DNA of 64,000 nt from Phoronis australis. Taxonomy: Eukaryota > Animalia > Phoronida. A model generated the notes under the pieces. It searched no databases and was not told the origin of the DNA. It was given only the letters and a program-made list of their open reading frames with translations. This document shows positions 1-12,154 of this stretch, one piece after another (position 1 is the stretch's first letter; each line of letters starts with the position of its first letter). A program made the position numbers and the translations under genes. The DNA is taken from the NCBI GenBank assembly GCA_002633005.1, contig NMRA01000798.1, positions 1 through 64,000 of the forward strand, written 5' to 3'.

Positions 1-135
1 AGTGGATTTGACTACTCTATGCATTATACACTAGGATTGGCAATGGTCAGTTCACTTTTCTTATTGCTAAAGCATTTCATATTGACAAAGATGGATTTTT
101 ACTTTTATTTGTCCCTGGTTTCAGAGAATCTTTGG

Positions 136-873
136 AGGGCTGTTCCAGTAAAATCTGTATGGGAGGGGGGGAAGGCACCTTTTTTTCGCACCCACCACCC
201 ACATTTTCCATTTATTTCTTCAGCCTACCACCCGTAATTTTTTATAAGTTTGAAATGCAACCACCCGTAATTTTTTTTGTTCTTGTGGTTGACTGCACAG
301 GCGCTTGTGTTTATCTGTTCCTCCATCACCACTAACGTCATTCATTACTAAGAAAAGATATGTTTCTTTTATATGGTTATTAGCTGTCGAAAAATTCGAG
401 CACCTGTGGTTAAATGGTGTTATGGGCATGCCGATGAGGAGATCGGAGGGAGTGAAAAAGTCGGAGCTTTTTGCAAGTTGCATTTTTGTTTCAGTTTTTG
501 ATTCTGTGCGGATTGTTTATCAGGGCTTGGAATTTTCCGCGGAAACGCGGATTTCCGCTTTTTAGAGCACCTGTGGTTAAATGGTGTTATGGGCATGCCG
601 ATGAGGAGATCGGAGGGAGTGAAAAAGTCAGAGCTTTTTGAAAGTTGCATTTTTGTTTCAGTTTTTGATTCTTTGCGGATTGTTTATAAAATTTAGTAAA
701 AGTACCCACCATCAAACATTTATGACCCAATGAAACAACAACGACCTGTAAATTTTTATTTTTTTGAAGTACGACCACCAGCCATTTTGAATTTAAATCA
801 AACGCAACCACCCATAAATTTTTATTTCAGTTGCCTTCCCCCCCTCCCACACAGATTTTGCTGGAACAGCCCT
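136..873. mobile_element. Non-autonomous DNA transposon (PIF/Harbinger-like MITE)
   Basis: About 42-bp terminal inverted repeats (AGGGCTGTTCCAGTAAAATCTGT.. / ..ACAGATTTTGCTGGAACAGCCCT); 3-bp TGG duplication on both sides; internal 123-bp direct duplication. Confidence 0.75.
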
Positions 874-1219
874 TGGTTGTTTCTTTGTCCTTTCTGAACT
901 TCTCTGGGAAGTTTTATTAAAATCTCTTTAAGCTTCTGAAAACTTTGAAAATTGATAGCTGATTGACCAGCTTGTCTATGTATGTACTACTTCATGTACA
1001 AATCTATTGTGTCTTGTCATAAAGCCATCTAGTTCTCAATGAATTCGGTTTATCAATGGGCCTAGTAATGAATGATGATGATAATGATAATGGGAATTAT
1101 CTCATCTAGTACCATGGATTTGTGCCAAACCTGCTACAGAAATTCCAGTGAACAGAACTGTTACCTGTAATTTGGCTTTTTAACTGAACGTCTTGATGAG
1201 CATCTTGTTACACTTTTAG

Positions 1220-4200
1220 TTTCTGAGGGCATTGATTGCAACAGTCCTGTCAAGTTCGATGGTTCTACATGGTTGGAATACAGTAACCTAGGCATACAGA
1301 GGTGAGGTCTTATGTCAGCTATACAACTATGAGTATGTTAAAGGAGAATGCCACCCGTTTTAATTAGTCTGTTTTGCCGTCTTAATCGGTCTATATCCAC
1401 ATCGCCTTGCATACGGTCAACCTTACCTTGCCAAGAGGTGTCGCATTAACTTGTGAAGAAGGTGAGAAACGACGCTAGCGACGTCAGTGGTTCATATGCA
1501 GAGTGAATGCCGCTATGTTGCAGTGCATCGTTCCCGCTTGTCTGAACTAAGCAGCTGCGAGGAAAGCGGGTATATGTTTTTATTTTACTTCCTCGAGAGT
1601 CCGAAATGCTTAGGGAGTGGCTCATGGTAGTGAAGAATGAAATGTACGCTGTAAATAGCAAGTATGAGGCCTTGAAACACCTCCGTGTCTGTGGCCTGCA
1701 CTCCTGCAGACGTCGACAGTGCCTGACGAATCCCGGCTTACCAAATAACTCCATATGTTCCGTTGTCTGAGCTTGTTCATGGCACCTCTCTAGTATTTCT
1801 TCATCACTGTATTCCTGTTCGAATTGATAGCCTGTAAAACTTAACGATCCACCTGCGAAGTTGGGACTGATGAGCTCTAGTAGCTCGTCCTAAGTCGGGA
1901 TTGCGAGTTGCCATGTTGGCGTTTATTACTGAGTGTTCTGTTTCAAAATGAATTATTTTCACCCTAACCAATACTTATATAAAACCAAAACCAAGTCTGT
2001 CTCATTAGATGCAAATTGTAATGTCTTTGGAGTGTTCATGAGTGCAAATGATTTGAGAAGCCAGCAATGAATAAATCACTGCGTTACTGGCTTTAAGTGC
2101 AATAAAACTCAATTGACGGGACACCGAGGCCGTGTGAGCTCATGCTAATTTAGTGTTTGCTGGCAGAAACTGTTGTGAAACAACTCGATTTCCATCCCAC
2201 GGCCAGGTTTAGGGGAATCTTTATTTACCTTTACATTACTCAAATAATGATTTTCAATGTACAACTTCTGCCCTGACGGTGCTGTGGCCAAAGCGGAACC
2301 TGAATTCGTGGCCCCCGACGAGTAAGTAGATTTGCAGTTTCGTGGCTAATTCACTAATAATCACGTGCACATTACTTTGGCTCACTAGTATAGTATTTTC
2401 TTGACTGGAAGTTTAGTTTCCACTGAACTTTATGTTCGTGATGTCTTGTCAGTTTCCGAGCTAGTGGCCGGGATAACGAGTAAATCCAGTCGGCCGCGAC
2501 GGGCGTGATCGAGGTCCTCGAGGCACTGGCCAGGATAATAAGCGTTTTGTGTTTAGAACTCAACAAATCACAAGTCTAAACAATGCAGATCTAGGTTCTC
2601 CTGTCTGTATCTCACGGAAAATACTTGAAATACTCAAAATTATCTCCGAACAGACCCCAAACTCCTGCTACGGACCTTATTGGCCTGCCGAATTTTGTAG
2701 GCTAAGGTGTGTCCAAATACTAATAAATCCGTAAGAGCAAAATAAAACAACGCGTTTTTATAAGAACTCGGTGTATTTTTAAGGGTTTTACATCGAAGTT
2801 TGATGATTATTGGTGTTAAACGATGACTTCAAGCGATAAGCTGACACCAGTAACCCGTGTTGTGAACTGCTGAACAGACTGCGTGTGAAACCGATGACGT
2901 CATTGGATAATTTTAACACCTTCGTCTGCCTTCAGGTGTTAGGTAACGCAACTGTACGTGTCGTTATGGAGTACTACTACTCGATCTAAATTGATACAAA
3001 TTAGGTTGTTTTTTGGGTGGCATGCTCCTTTAAGTTTGATGGTTCTACATGGTTGGAATACAGTAACCTAGGCATACAGAGGTGAGCTCGTGTGTCAACT
3101 ATATGACTGAGTATGTCATGTTCGATGGTTCTACGTGGTTGTAATACAGTAACCTTGGCTTTCAGAGGTGAGCTCTTATTTAAGTTATATAACTATGAGT
3201 ATGTTAAGTTTGATGGTTCTACATGGTTGGAATATTGTAACCTAGGCATACAGAGGTGAACTTTTATGTTACTTACATAATTGTGAAGCTATAAGTGTTG
3301 TTATTTATGAAGAAAGTCATATACACACTTATTACATCTAAAAGTATTGATTTTACTGAAACAAAAATGTTCAGATGAGTTTGATCAAACGTGCTATTTC
3401 ACTTTACAGCCACTAAATTATTAGACTTCATCAGGGCTGCCTTATGGCTAGCTAAACAGGAACGTAACCAAAATGCAGGCGTGAGAGAAATCAGTCACGG
3501 GTCTTCTCAAGCCTACTCTCCGGATAGGGTAGCGCTCATGCTTACCTCCGGTTTGGTTAACGCCTCCCTCACGCTTTCGTTGCGCCACCCTCACGCTTTC
3601 GTTGTGCATCTCTCACGCTTATATCACACTTTCTCCACGCCTTCGCTGTGGTAACATATGAGGTGGTGCGCTGGGCTAATAAAAATAACATCTAAATCTG
3701 TGTGTGCACGTGGGGGCGTTGGTGTACCTGTCGAGTAATCTGTTGTTATGGCATCTTATACCAATGAGTTCTGACTTATTGCATAATTACATGTACTTGT
3801 CATACAAACAAACTCCTTTAGTTCATCTGGCATTACATTTATGTTGTCCATATTATGACTCCAAAGCCTGTCCCATCAATGACTTCTTGACCATGGTTTG
3901 TAAATACAAATAAACGCGACCCTCTATACATGTTCACAGTCATGTTTACATGGCTGTGGACTCCGTGAAATTCATCACTGCTGGATATACTTAATTTGCC
4001 CTAAAAAAGCCCACGCATCTTGATACATATGCATGCACATATGTATTGTCACTCCGTGGATTCTTACACAGCACTCGTGGAACAGAAAATTTCAATGAGC
4101 TCCCTTCTGGAGGTGACTGCATCTGAAATCCCCATCCCCTACTGCGTGTGTATGTTAGGCCCCCAACGTCTAGTGCAGGTTTATTTGTAGCTCCATCCCC

Positions 4201-7200
4201 TTATTATTTCAGGCCCACGTAGTCTCTGGAGAATTCTTCAGTAAAATAATTATAGCCGTCACCTGTCTGACTCGTCAAATGGCCGTGATCAGTTTTTGCA
4301 CATGATGCCTGAATTTGGGATAAGTACAGGCACATAATTCACGCGCTATGCTCTTGCAAATCACGAAGACAATTGAAATATTTTGTAATGTACAGGTGTG
4401 TCAACATTGTTTATATGTTTATTTCAAAAACAAATATACACATTTACAAGTGAGAAGTTAGGTCCTGGGGTCTGTTTCATGAAGTGACTTGATTTGACTA
4501 GAAAGGAATTTGGCCTTTAGCTCCTCATAACAATTTCTAAGAAATAGTTGAACCTCACCTGATCAAAATTCTATGAGAATATACACATCACTGTTAGTTA
4601 GAGATAATTTTTGTCAATTGTTTTTCGACTGTTATGAACTTATAATTAGTTAACTAAAACTTTATACAGCAATTCGTGAAATGGAACCGTAAGACCAAAT
4701 TTCTGTCTTTTAGTCACTTTTATGAAACAGACCCCAGAATCTGCATGTGTCAACAGAAAGAATTTGTAGGAGGGGACTATGATGGAATGCAACACAACTG
4801 GTTTCATTTCACTTACTTTCCCCTGTGTATACAGATATTGAGAAGTAATTACTTCAAGATATTATGTTGCTGCCTAAGTCACAAGTGGCTGTACAATGTT
4901 ATACTGGAAACTTGGTCGAGCTGGCCAATCACAGGTTTAATTTTTAATTTATGCTTAATGTTATGTTACTGCACATTACCTGATTGGAAAGTGAAATCGT
5001 CACTGTCATTGTCTGAAGTTTCCAATGTACTAAGTTTTCATTATTCTATTCTGCAGACAAATTACTGTTGGGGAATCCCGGGGGTGAATTATAGTTGATA
5101 AATATGCAGTTGAAAAGCTGCTCAAAAGAAAAGTTTGCATAAGGCGATTTTTTTTTCAAATGAGATTTAGTCTCAAAGTGTGCGGAACGGTTCCGCACTT
5201 TTTTATATCCACTTAGGGCCATAAAATTGGTATGAAACAAATCTATACCTTACCCTAAACATGTTTACAATATGTTACATTTTTATTTCCTCCATTAGCA
5301 TTTTCTTAATAAGAAGTTCAGTTTTTGCAATGCGGAATATTCCACACTGACTAGGGAATATTCCGCACTGACTGCGGAATATTCCGCAAAATTTGTACAG
5401 TGTATATCTAATATAATAAGAATTAATGTCAAATAATAAATCCACCAAAATGTACAATATTTTATGCAACTCATCACATATTCATGACATTCATCACATA
5501 TTCATGATATGTTTTTGCGAAGTATGTTGATTTGATAGCATTAAAGATAGTATTACTCACTTGCTGATTCTTGATGTTTTGGCTTTCAGTTGAGTAACTG
5601 GCCCATGCGGTACATCCACACATGTTTTAATGAGCTACATAGCAAACTAGATTGCGTATTGGCCACAAAGAATAGTTGCCTCGAGATCGCTGACCAGTAC
5701 CATATATATTGCAAACACAGTAGAAAATTTCTTTCCGGTGTTGTCAAAGTTCTTAGAGTTGTTTACTAGATGATTCTGGTGCTGAGAAATGTCACTTGAA
5801 ATAGGATACAGTACTTTGTTCTAGCCACGCTAAAGGAGTGAGGATAACAATAAAGATTGTCGTGACTAGTGAAGGCACTGGGAAACTCACGCCTGGCTCA
5901 AGTCTGGCTCACGGTGCGCCTGCACTTCCTTCACGCCTAACTCACGATAAGTCACGCTTACTTTCATGTCTGTTGTCACAGTCAATTAATGCCTCACTCT
6001 CCAGTTCTGGTCACGCCTAACCAGAGCAGAGGCAGCTCAGATGAAGTCTCATAATTCAGTGACTGTATTGTCTGTACCCTATCATTTCTCTTTCAGAAAG
6101 AAAAGTGAAACAAGGAATGATATAAGCCTGCGCTTCAAGACATCATCCCAGAATGGCCTACTGTTAATAATACACAAGTCCAACTCCGTCTCGGGTGACT
6201 ACTTGACTTTGGCTGTTGTAGGTGGTCGACTGGAGTTGTCCTACAATTTGGGAATGCAGTCAGCCGCCAATCTACATATACTGCGTTCTGGTGTACGTGT
6301 CAATGATGGCAAGTGGCATAAAGTGCACATCACTAGGTGAGCAAGCTTTACTTATTGATGTGGCCTTTTGCTAACCGTTTCACAAGCAACTGACTTTTCA
6401 GAACTTTCATGAAAAATGCTCGATTTCTTAAAGTTTGTAGCTTTGTCTGGATATTAAAGGCAAAGGCAACCTTTCTTCATGTCATTTTTAGTAGAAATAA
6501 GGTTCGTTGGTTATCCCAGACATATTTTTCAGTTAATTACAGCTTCTCATAATTTAATTAATTACTCATCCCCTACACTGGAAGTGAAGTTTAGGGAGTC
6601 AAGAATTACGTGCCAATTTGGTTCTGCGTTCGAGTTTACTGTGAGGATCAATACTACTGTTTCCTTTCATGCTTTTTTTTCTAAAACTGTCGTCACCACT
6701 TCTTTCGACGAGTATTCTACGACAAGCTGGGTTATTAGAGAACTCAATTACATTGGATTTAGGGATTGTTTAATTTGTAGTAACCTGAAATTGACTAGAG
6801 TCGGCGACCCATGTCACAGTGACTGTATTGACGTGAGTGACGCAGACATTGTTCATATACTATAAGGGGCTGAGGGCTATAGCCCCCACTTTTTTCAGTT
6901 CTGCGCTGCCCTTGGTATATGGGCGGTGCACTACAGGGGGGCTGGGGGTGCGTTAACCCCCCACATTTGTCAGTGCTGCATCTAATCAGCTATATACAAG
7001 TATGGAGATGACACAATTATACTCGCAAGCCAGACAGCGTGTGACATGTGGTCTGCCGTATTGATTATGAATGAAATGTAAGCTGGGGAACTCTCAGAAT
7101 AAAATTGAAATTTTAAATACTAACGAGGTTTTAAAATATTGGTAACTTAAAGCAATGTAAACTTGTGACCCACGCATTGCTTAAACGGTCATATAAGCCA

Positions 7201-10200
7201 TTGTAAAGACAAAATTCCTAATGCTTTGGCTGAAATTCTCATGGAGAGCTGCTAGGGCCTGGCAGGTTTTGCCAGCTCAGTCGAAGAGACAATCACTGAA
7301 AAAATTTGGAAAATATTTCCGTTATACTACGTCGTGGTATTAAACAGTGATTAATCTTTGCAAGTTTTTTCAAAAATAAAACGCATGTAAGGGGTGCTGA
7401 GGTGTCTCAAGAAATATTACTACGCTATGTTTCTTTAATTATCTGGTATTACTTGTCGTAGTACCTAATTCATCTGAGCATGGTGAACTAGTGGTTTGTA
7501 CAGTTTGAACGACATTCTCTCAAAATTCACAAAGTTGTGTCATAGACTCTGTTGTAAAACATCACGACAACTGCAATACATGTATATATACTAGTAGGCA
7601 GAGTGCACGTGAGACGATAATGAGTATATTCTGGTATGCAGCAACTGCAAGGCATGTTGACTGACTCGTAAACAAAAGCAAACGACTACTGAACTTATCA
7701 CAACAGAGGTAGAACAATGACTGACTTGATACCAAACACAATCAGACTACCGGGTATATGAAAACAAATGGTGTGAAATTCTTAACTCCCTAAATGTCAC
7801 TTTCAGAGTAGGGGACAAGTAATTAATTAAATTACGAAAAACTAATTAACTGAAAAATACGTCTGGGATGATCAACAAACTTTATTTTTTTTACTAAAAA
7901 TGACATGGAAAAGGGTTGCCTTCACCTGTAAGGAAGTGTTCAAACTACATTAGCCAATATTTCCCCAAGATTTAGCACCGCACTTGGACACCATGTAAGG
8001 CAGAGAATTAACTTGATGCACTGGAGGGGAGGCAACCCCTCATGCCTTATTGTTTGCATTCAGAGGGCAATTGGACAAGAGGCTTTAGTGTTGACTGGAA
8101 GTCAATTTGTTACACAGTGGCCAGGTGGTCACATTGTATTGCCCTTTCAGCTGTTTTAAAAACTAGACAGACCTTTGTGTAATGCCTTGCCGACAGATGT
8201 CCCTTTGGCGGTCGGTCTTATCTGTATAACTTACTGAATTTACTGGACAACTTGAATCATACTGTCTGAGAGGTTGGTTGATATAAATTTTCTGAAATTC
8301 TGCTGTTGCCACTTGTCATATATGGTGAGTGGCAACTCAGTTAATCTGTTACTCAGTTAACCTCAATCATTAGCTGGCCAATTTGCTCGACTCTAAGACT
8401 GTGACTGTGAAACTGTCAGGGCAAATATAATGAGACTACATTTGCATTTGGGCTATACCGATCAATATGCTGCCTTCTCGATTTGATCGCTGGCATTTGT
8501 TGTTAGATACATATCATGCTGTCAGGTTACAAGGTACCTAAACTACACGGTCAACAGACTCTTAAACACGGGCACGGATGCATGAACACGACCCACGGAC
8601 CTGCAAACACCATCCACTGACTCACAAACACGGGAACGGACTCACAAAACACGATCCACGCACCCAAATACATGGGACACGGACTCATATTCACAAAGAA
8701 ACACAGTTAACGGACAGCCAAACACGGGTCATGGACTCATCGGCTTCCTGGGTCAGCTGACATCTTCATTTTGTCTGTAAACCGTGTTTGGCTGTCCGTT
8801 AACCGTGAATATGAGTCCATGTCCCGTGTATTTGGGTGCGTGGATTGTGTTTTGTGAGTCAGTGGACAATGTTTGCAGGTCCGTGAGTCGTGTTCATGCG
8901 TCCGTGCCAGTGTTTATGAGTCCGTTGACTGTGTAGTTTAGCTATCCTTGGGTCAGGGCCACTGTGTGTCCAGCTCCAGACAGAATAAATGTATGCAATT
9001 TTAGGAACTAAGGTAATATTGTTTCTAAGTCATAAGATTCGGACACGAGTTGGCTAAAGCATCGAATCTGGTTTATATTTGCAAAAAATACATTACTCGC
9101 TTTTATCTTAATTCATTGAAAGGTTAACATTGAAGATCAAATCCAATTGATACCAACATTTAGGGTTATGGCGGTAATGTTTTATGCTCGACATATGTCC
9201 CGAAAATGGTAGGTGTGTCACAAACTCCGTTTCCAGAGATTAAAAGGAGACTGTATATAGGCGAAATACAGGTCACTTATTATGACACCATAACGGTACA
9301 GAAATATGAATGTAAAATAATAAATACACGGAAAATAATCGCTGGAAAGATGGGTAATAAAAAGCACAGCACTCAGGTGCGAGGAACTACCTGACCAATA
9401 AGGTGGTAGTGGGTGGGAAAAAATGGAGAGAGATTGAACTCGAACGTAAGTACAGCTGAAGCAAAGGTTTGACAGGAAACACATGATTAGTGAGAACAAA
9501 GGTAAACCCTAAGGACACGTGATAAAATATGAATAGCTTCAAACTAGTCTAACACATTGAACAATTGGAGTTGGTCAAAATTAGTCTGATGAACCCGCAA
9601 ACTATTAGTTTCCACTGAGCAGAAGGACTCTTGGTCATAGTTTTACTAGGTGTACATTTGCATCAAGTTTAAATAATGTCAATTTTATTTCTGTAGAAAT
9701 CACCGCAAGGGCCATTTGTTTGTGGACAATCAATACCATGTCACTGGTGTGTCCAAGGTTGGTGCAACTATGCTGGACACAGATGGTAAACTCTTCATGG
9801 GTGAGTCATGATCAGTTGGGGTCATATGAAAAGTTTTGGTGAAATTTTGTCTTGGCAATTCATTGAAATTAAGTCAGTTGTAGTACACAGTTAAAGGTGA
9901 GGTTGTGATTACCAACACACACACAAGATTGTGGTGATCATGGAACTGGCTATGTGAGATGAAAATATTGTGTTCTATTCTGTTTTGTTTATTTCCTCTA
10001 TTGGTTTACCTATAGTCATTTATAAAGTCTGTCAGTCATCTGTCCTTGTGCGCCAATGAAAGCTCAGTAATCTAGGATTGCCTCCTTTATAGTACCACGT
10101 TATATTTAACAATTTGTATTTTGATGAGGAAAAGACAAGCTGAAAAGTTTCTGAAAGCGTTAAGTGATTCTTCACTTATGTCGCATACAAGCAATTACCA

Positions 10201-10752
10201 AATTTTTCTTTTCTTTTTATTTTTCAGTGGATGATTAATTTGCTAGGTCCTGTAAACTTTACCAAATATTGTTTTATGACATTTACACAATACAAACTGT
10301 ACTGGGAGTAGACTTAAATTTTTTTATTCTTTGTTTCTGAAGATATTTGACAAAATAAAATTTCCCTTGCCAACCATATTGTGTGGTAAATAACTGAAGA
10401 GTCACTGTATTGCAGAAGCGATCATGCTGTCCACATTTTAATTAAAATTTGTCTTGTGGCCCATTATGGTTCAGTATGAAAAATAAAGGGATTGGATATA
10501 TTATCACTTCATCATCAAATAACTCCTCTATTAGCTTATTGTTCATTTTTTGAACTATTTATTTCCCAAACACTAACAATAAATACTGTAATATGTCTAG
10601 GGGGCAAGAAGAATTTACCTACTGGACTCCCTGCTGGCTACTACCAGGGCTTCAGAGGTTGTATTACTGACGTGAAGATTAACTCCTACGACTTACACAT
10701 GGCCCGTGATCAGGATAGTATCATGATAAAGCCACTTAACTTCTGTGAATGA
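1220..10752 (+). CDS. AGRN: Agrin, C-terminal exons encoding the last laminin-G (LG3) domain; 5' part lies outside the window. join(1220-1301,6097-6336,9697-9800,10601-10752)
   Basis: All junctions are GT-AG with consistent phases. Translation SEGIDCNSPVKFDGSTWLEYSNLGIQR/KKSETRNDISLRFKT..GDYLTLAVVGGRLELSYNLG..VNDGKWHKVHITR/NHRKGHLFVDN..GATMLDTDGKLFMG/GKKNLPTGLPAGYYQGFRGCITDVKIN..NFCE* matches agrin LG3 (vertebrate FDGRT.EY.N, GATQLDTDGALWLGG, GFVGC). Confidence 0.88.
1252..3280 (+). repeat. 86-88-bp minisatellite (4 units) made of the agrin exon 3' half plus the 5' splice site, interrupted by a Kolobok-like insertion
   Basis: Units start at 1252, 3032, 3118 and 3206, each resembling AAGTTyGATGGTTCTACATGGTTGGAATACAGTAACCTAGGCATACAGAG|GTGAG. 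Confidence 0.9.
1342..3029. mobile_element. Kolobok-like non-autonomous DNA transposon, copy 1
   Basis: TIR AGGAGAATGCCACCC / GGGTGGCATGCTCCT, TTAA duplicated at 1338-1341 and 3030-3033, RR..YY termini; colinear with 57956-59638. Confidence 0.85.
4467..4735. mobile_element. Harbinger-like MITE
   Basis: TIR GGGGTCTGTTTCATGAAGTGACT / AGTCACTTTTATGAAACAGACCCC, in a CTG/CAG context. Confidence 0.7.
5057..5083 (+). CDS. Candidate 27-nt alternative microexon of agrin at the z/B-equivalent site (adds 9 aa: QITVGESRG)
   Basis: Preceded by branch-like TACTAAG, a pyrimidine tract and TGCAG; followed by GG|GTGAAT. Phase 2-2, frame-preserving and stop-free between exons 1220-1301 and 6097-6336. No transcript evidence available. 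Confidence 0.45.
6458..7927. mobile_element. Kolobok-like element with long (~150 bp) imperfect TIRs
   Basis: 6458-6606 is the reverse complement of about 7777-7927; left flank TTAA, right flank GTAA (decayed TSD). Confidence 0.7.
8530..8950. mobile_element. Foldback/palindromic MITE with internal short subrepeats
   Basis: 8530-8727 is nearly the reverse complement of 8780-8950; repeated GACTCACAAACACGG-like modules; termini CAAGG / CCTTG. Confidence 0.75.
9180..9560 (+). repeat. Dispersed repeat family of unknown class (other copies at ~21998-22400, ~22560-22740 and, reversed, ~59780-60260)
   Basis: Shared blocks TATGTCCCGAAAA..CTCCGTTTCCAGAGA..TATAGGCGA..GGTACAGAAA..GGAAAGATGGG.AATAAAAAGC. 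Confidence 0.75.
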
Positions 10753-10993
10753 ACACTGCTGTGTAGACTATGAGGATGCAGCTGAGATTTTGTGGTCATA
10801 TTCATTGGATGAGGATCCATGGATCTATTTCAACTTTCTTTTTAGCTCAACTATTTATTGAGAATTGTTAGTTATAGGAATCAAGTGTGCCATTTGCATT
10901 TTAACAATATGTAAATCATTTTCACATTTGATTCATGGCATGAGTGGTCTCTATATGTGCTGTGTTGAGGTGTAATTATTAAAAAATGAAGAG

Positions 10994-10999
10994 AATAAA
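10994..10999 (+). promoter_or_regulatory. Possible polyadenylation signal of agrin
   Basis: AATAAA about 240 nt after the stop codon. Confidence 0.3.
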
Positions 11000-11371
11000 G
11001 TGTAAGAATATGTTGGTCAGGTATCTCATCATTTGCATTTCTGTGGCATTTTGGGACACTGTTGACACAAGGCCATATTATAACTGTTAAATATCTGTCT
11101 GTTGCTATCATTTTTATATTGTCTTGTATTGTATTGAATTTTTTCATGTTAATCATCATTTTATGTCAAGCATTGTTCATCACAGTCAAAGTCGCATAAA
11201 TCAGACATGCATAAGTCTGATTTTTGTTAATTTGGGTAGTTCACTTGTCATATACTCTTTGTGCACTGGAGCCTTCACATAAATCAGATTTTGCCATTCA
11301 CCGTTGAAATCTCTCGGTCTGGTTGGATATGACTTATGCGAGTTTTACCATTACCAAAGCTATTCAGAGAA

Positions 11372-11500
11372 AGTGACCCTAAATTCTCCATCAGAGTAGC
11401 AGTACCCCATGACCAGTGACCCTAAATTGTCCATCAGAGTAGCAGTACTCCATGACCAGTGACCCTAAATTCTCCATCAGAGTAGCAGTACCCCATGACC
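11372..11500 (+). repeat. 43-bp tandem repeat x3
   Basis: AGTGACCCTAAATTCTCCATCAGAGTAGCAGTACCCCATGACC starting at 11372, 11415 and 11458. Confidence 0.92.
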
Positions 11501-11714
11501 AAGTATGAAGGGGAATGAACATGAAAGTTAGAAAGGTGACTATGTCATTCTGTAAATAGCCAGGAAGGTGGCTAAATCTTTCTGTGTATAGCCTGAGAGG
11601 TGTCTAAGTCTATTTATAATTAGCCAGCATTTCTGAATATTTAGAGAACTGATTGACGGATTTAAGTAGGTATGTGATGACAAGTCGGTGGCAGTGCTTG
11701 GTGCAACATTCTTT

Positions 11715-11966
11715 TTAAACAATGCAATGCAGGGATTTTGCAGGTAACCTTTGTTTGTAAATATGATACTTGCCCAGGCAAAGAACCATACTTTGTAAAA
11801 TCACTTCCACCTGAACACCAATAGAACTGATTACAAAAGGACTATGTCCAACAGCATCTACCAGCCAATTATTAACATTAGTCCATAACTGTTGAGTAAT
11901 GTTACAAGACCAGTACACATGGACATTAGATTCACTTTCCCCTAAGCAAAATGGGCCCAAGATCAA
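11715..11966 (-). mobile_element. Decayed 3' fragment of a non-LTR retrotransposon ORF2 (C-terminal zinc knuckle, L1/Tx1-like)
   Basis: PFCLGESESNVHVYWSC..QQLW..V.NWL..GKYHIYK resembles the CxxC-x8-H-x4-C tail of LINE ORF2 proteins. Confidence 0.6.
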
Positions 11967-12154
11967 TTACGCCAAACATATGTCAATGTAAAAATTCATT
12001 ACAACCTGTAATTCTGCGAACCAGCCTAAATTGGAACCATCTCGGAGAAACATCTTTAGTGAATGAATAGATGTAGGAAAAAACATTTTACCACCATTCT
12101 GTAGTATCCTGGAGATTTAATTTTTCCCTCCACTTCATTTGACACGTTGCTCTT

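Noticed and set aside
1110-1165. Possible extra agrin exon (PWICAKPATEIPVNRTVT)
   Set aside because: Weak acceptor, it would leave an intron of only ~54 nt, and it has no resemblance to the expected EGF-like repeat.
1866-1895. Hammerhead-like CTGATGAG-stem-CTCG in the Kolobok copies (also ~58480) and on the minus strand at ~13760-13785
   Set aside because: The essential GAAA after stem II is missing.
4213-4218. 6-nt frame-preserving microexon candidate (TTTCAG|GCCCAC|GTAGTC)
   Set aside because: The donor is weak and such short matches arise by chance; worth including in junction searches only.
4835-4844. Strong acceptor followed by a 10-nt exon candidate in the agrin z-equivalent intron
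   Set aside because: Not a multiple of 3 and gives an immediate in-frame TGA; could only be a poison or terminal exon, with no support.
11372-11500. CRISPR-like regular repeat
   Set aside because: Head-to-tail units without spacers, eukaryotic context and no cas genes; an ordinary minisatellite.
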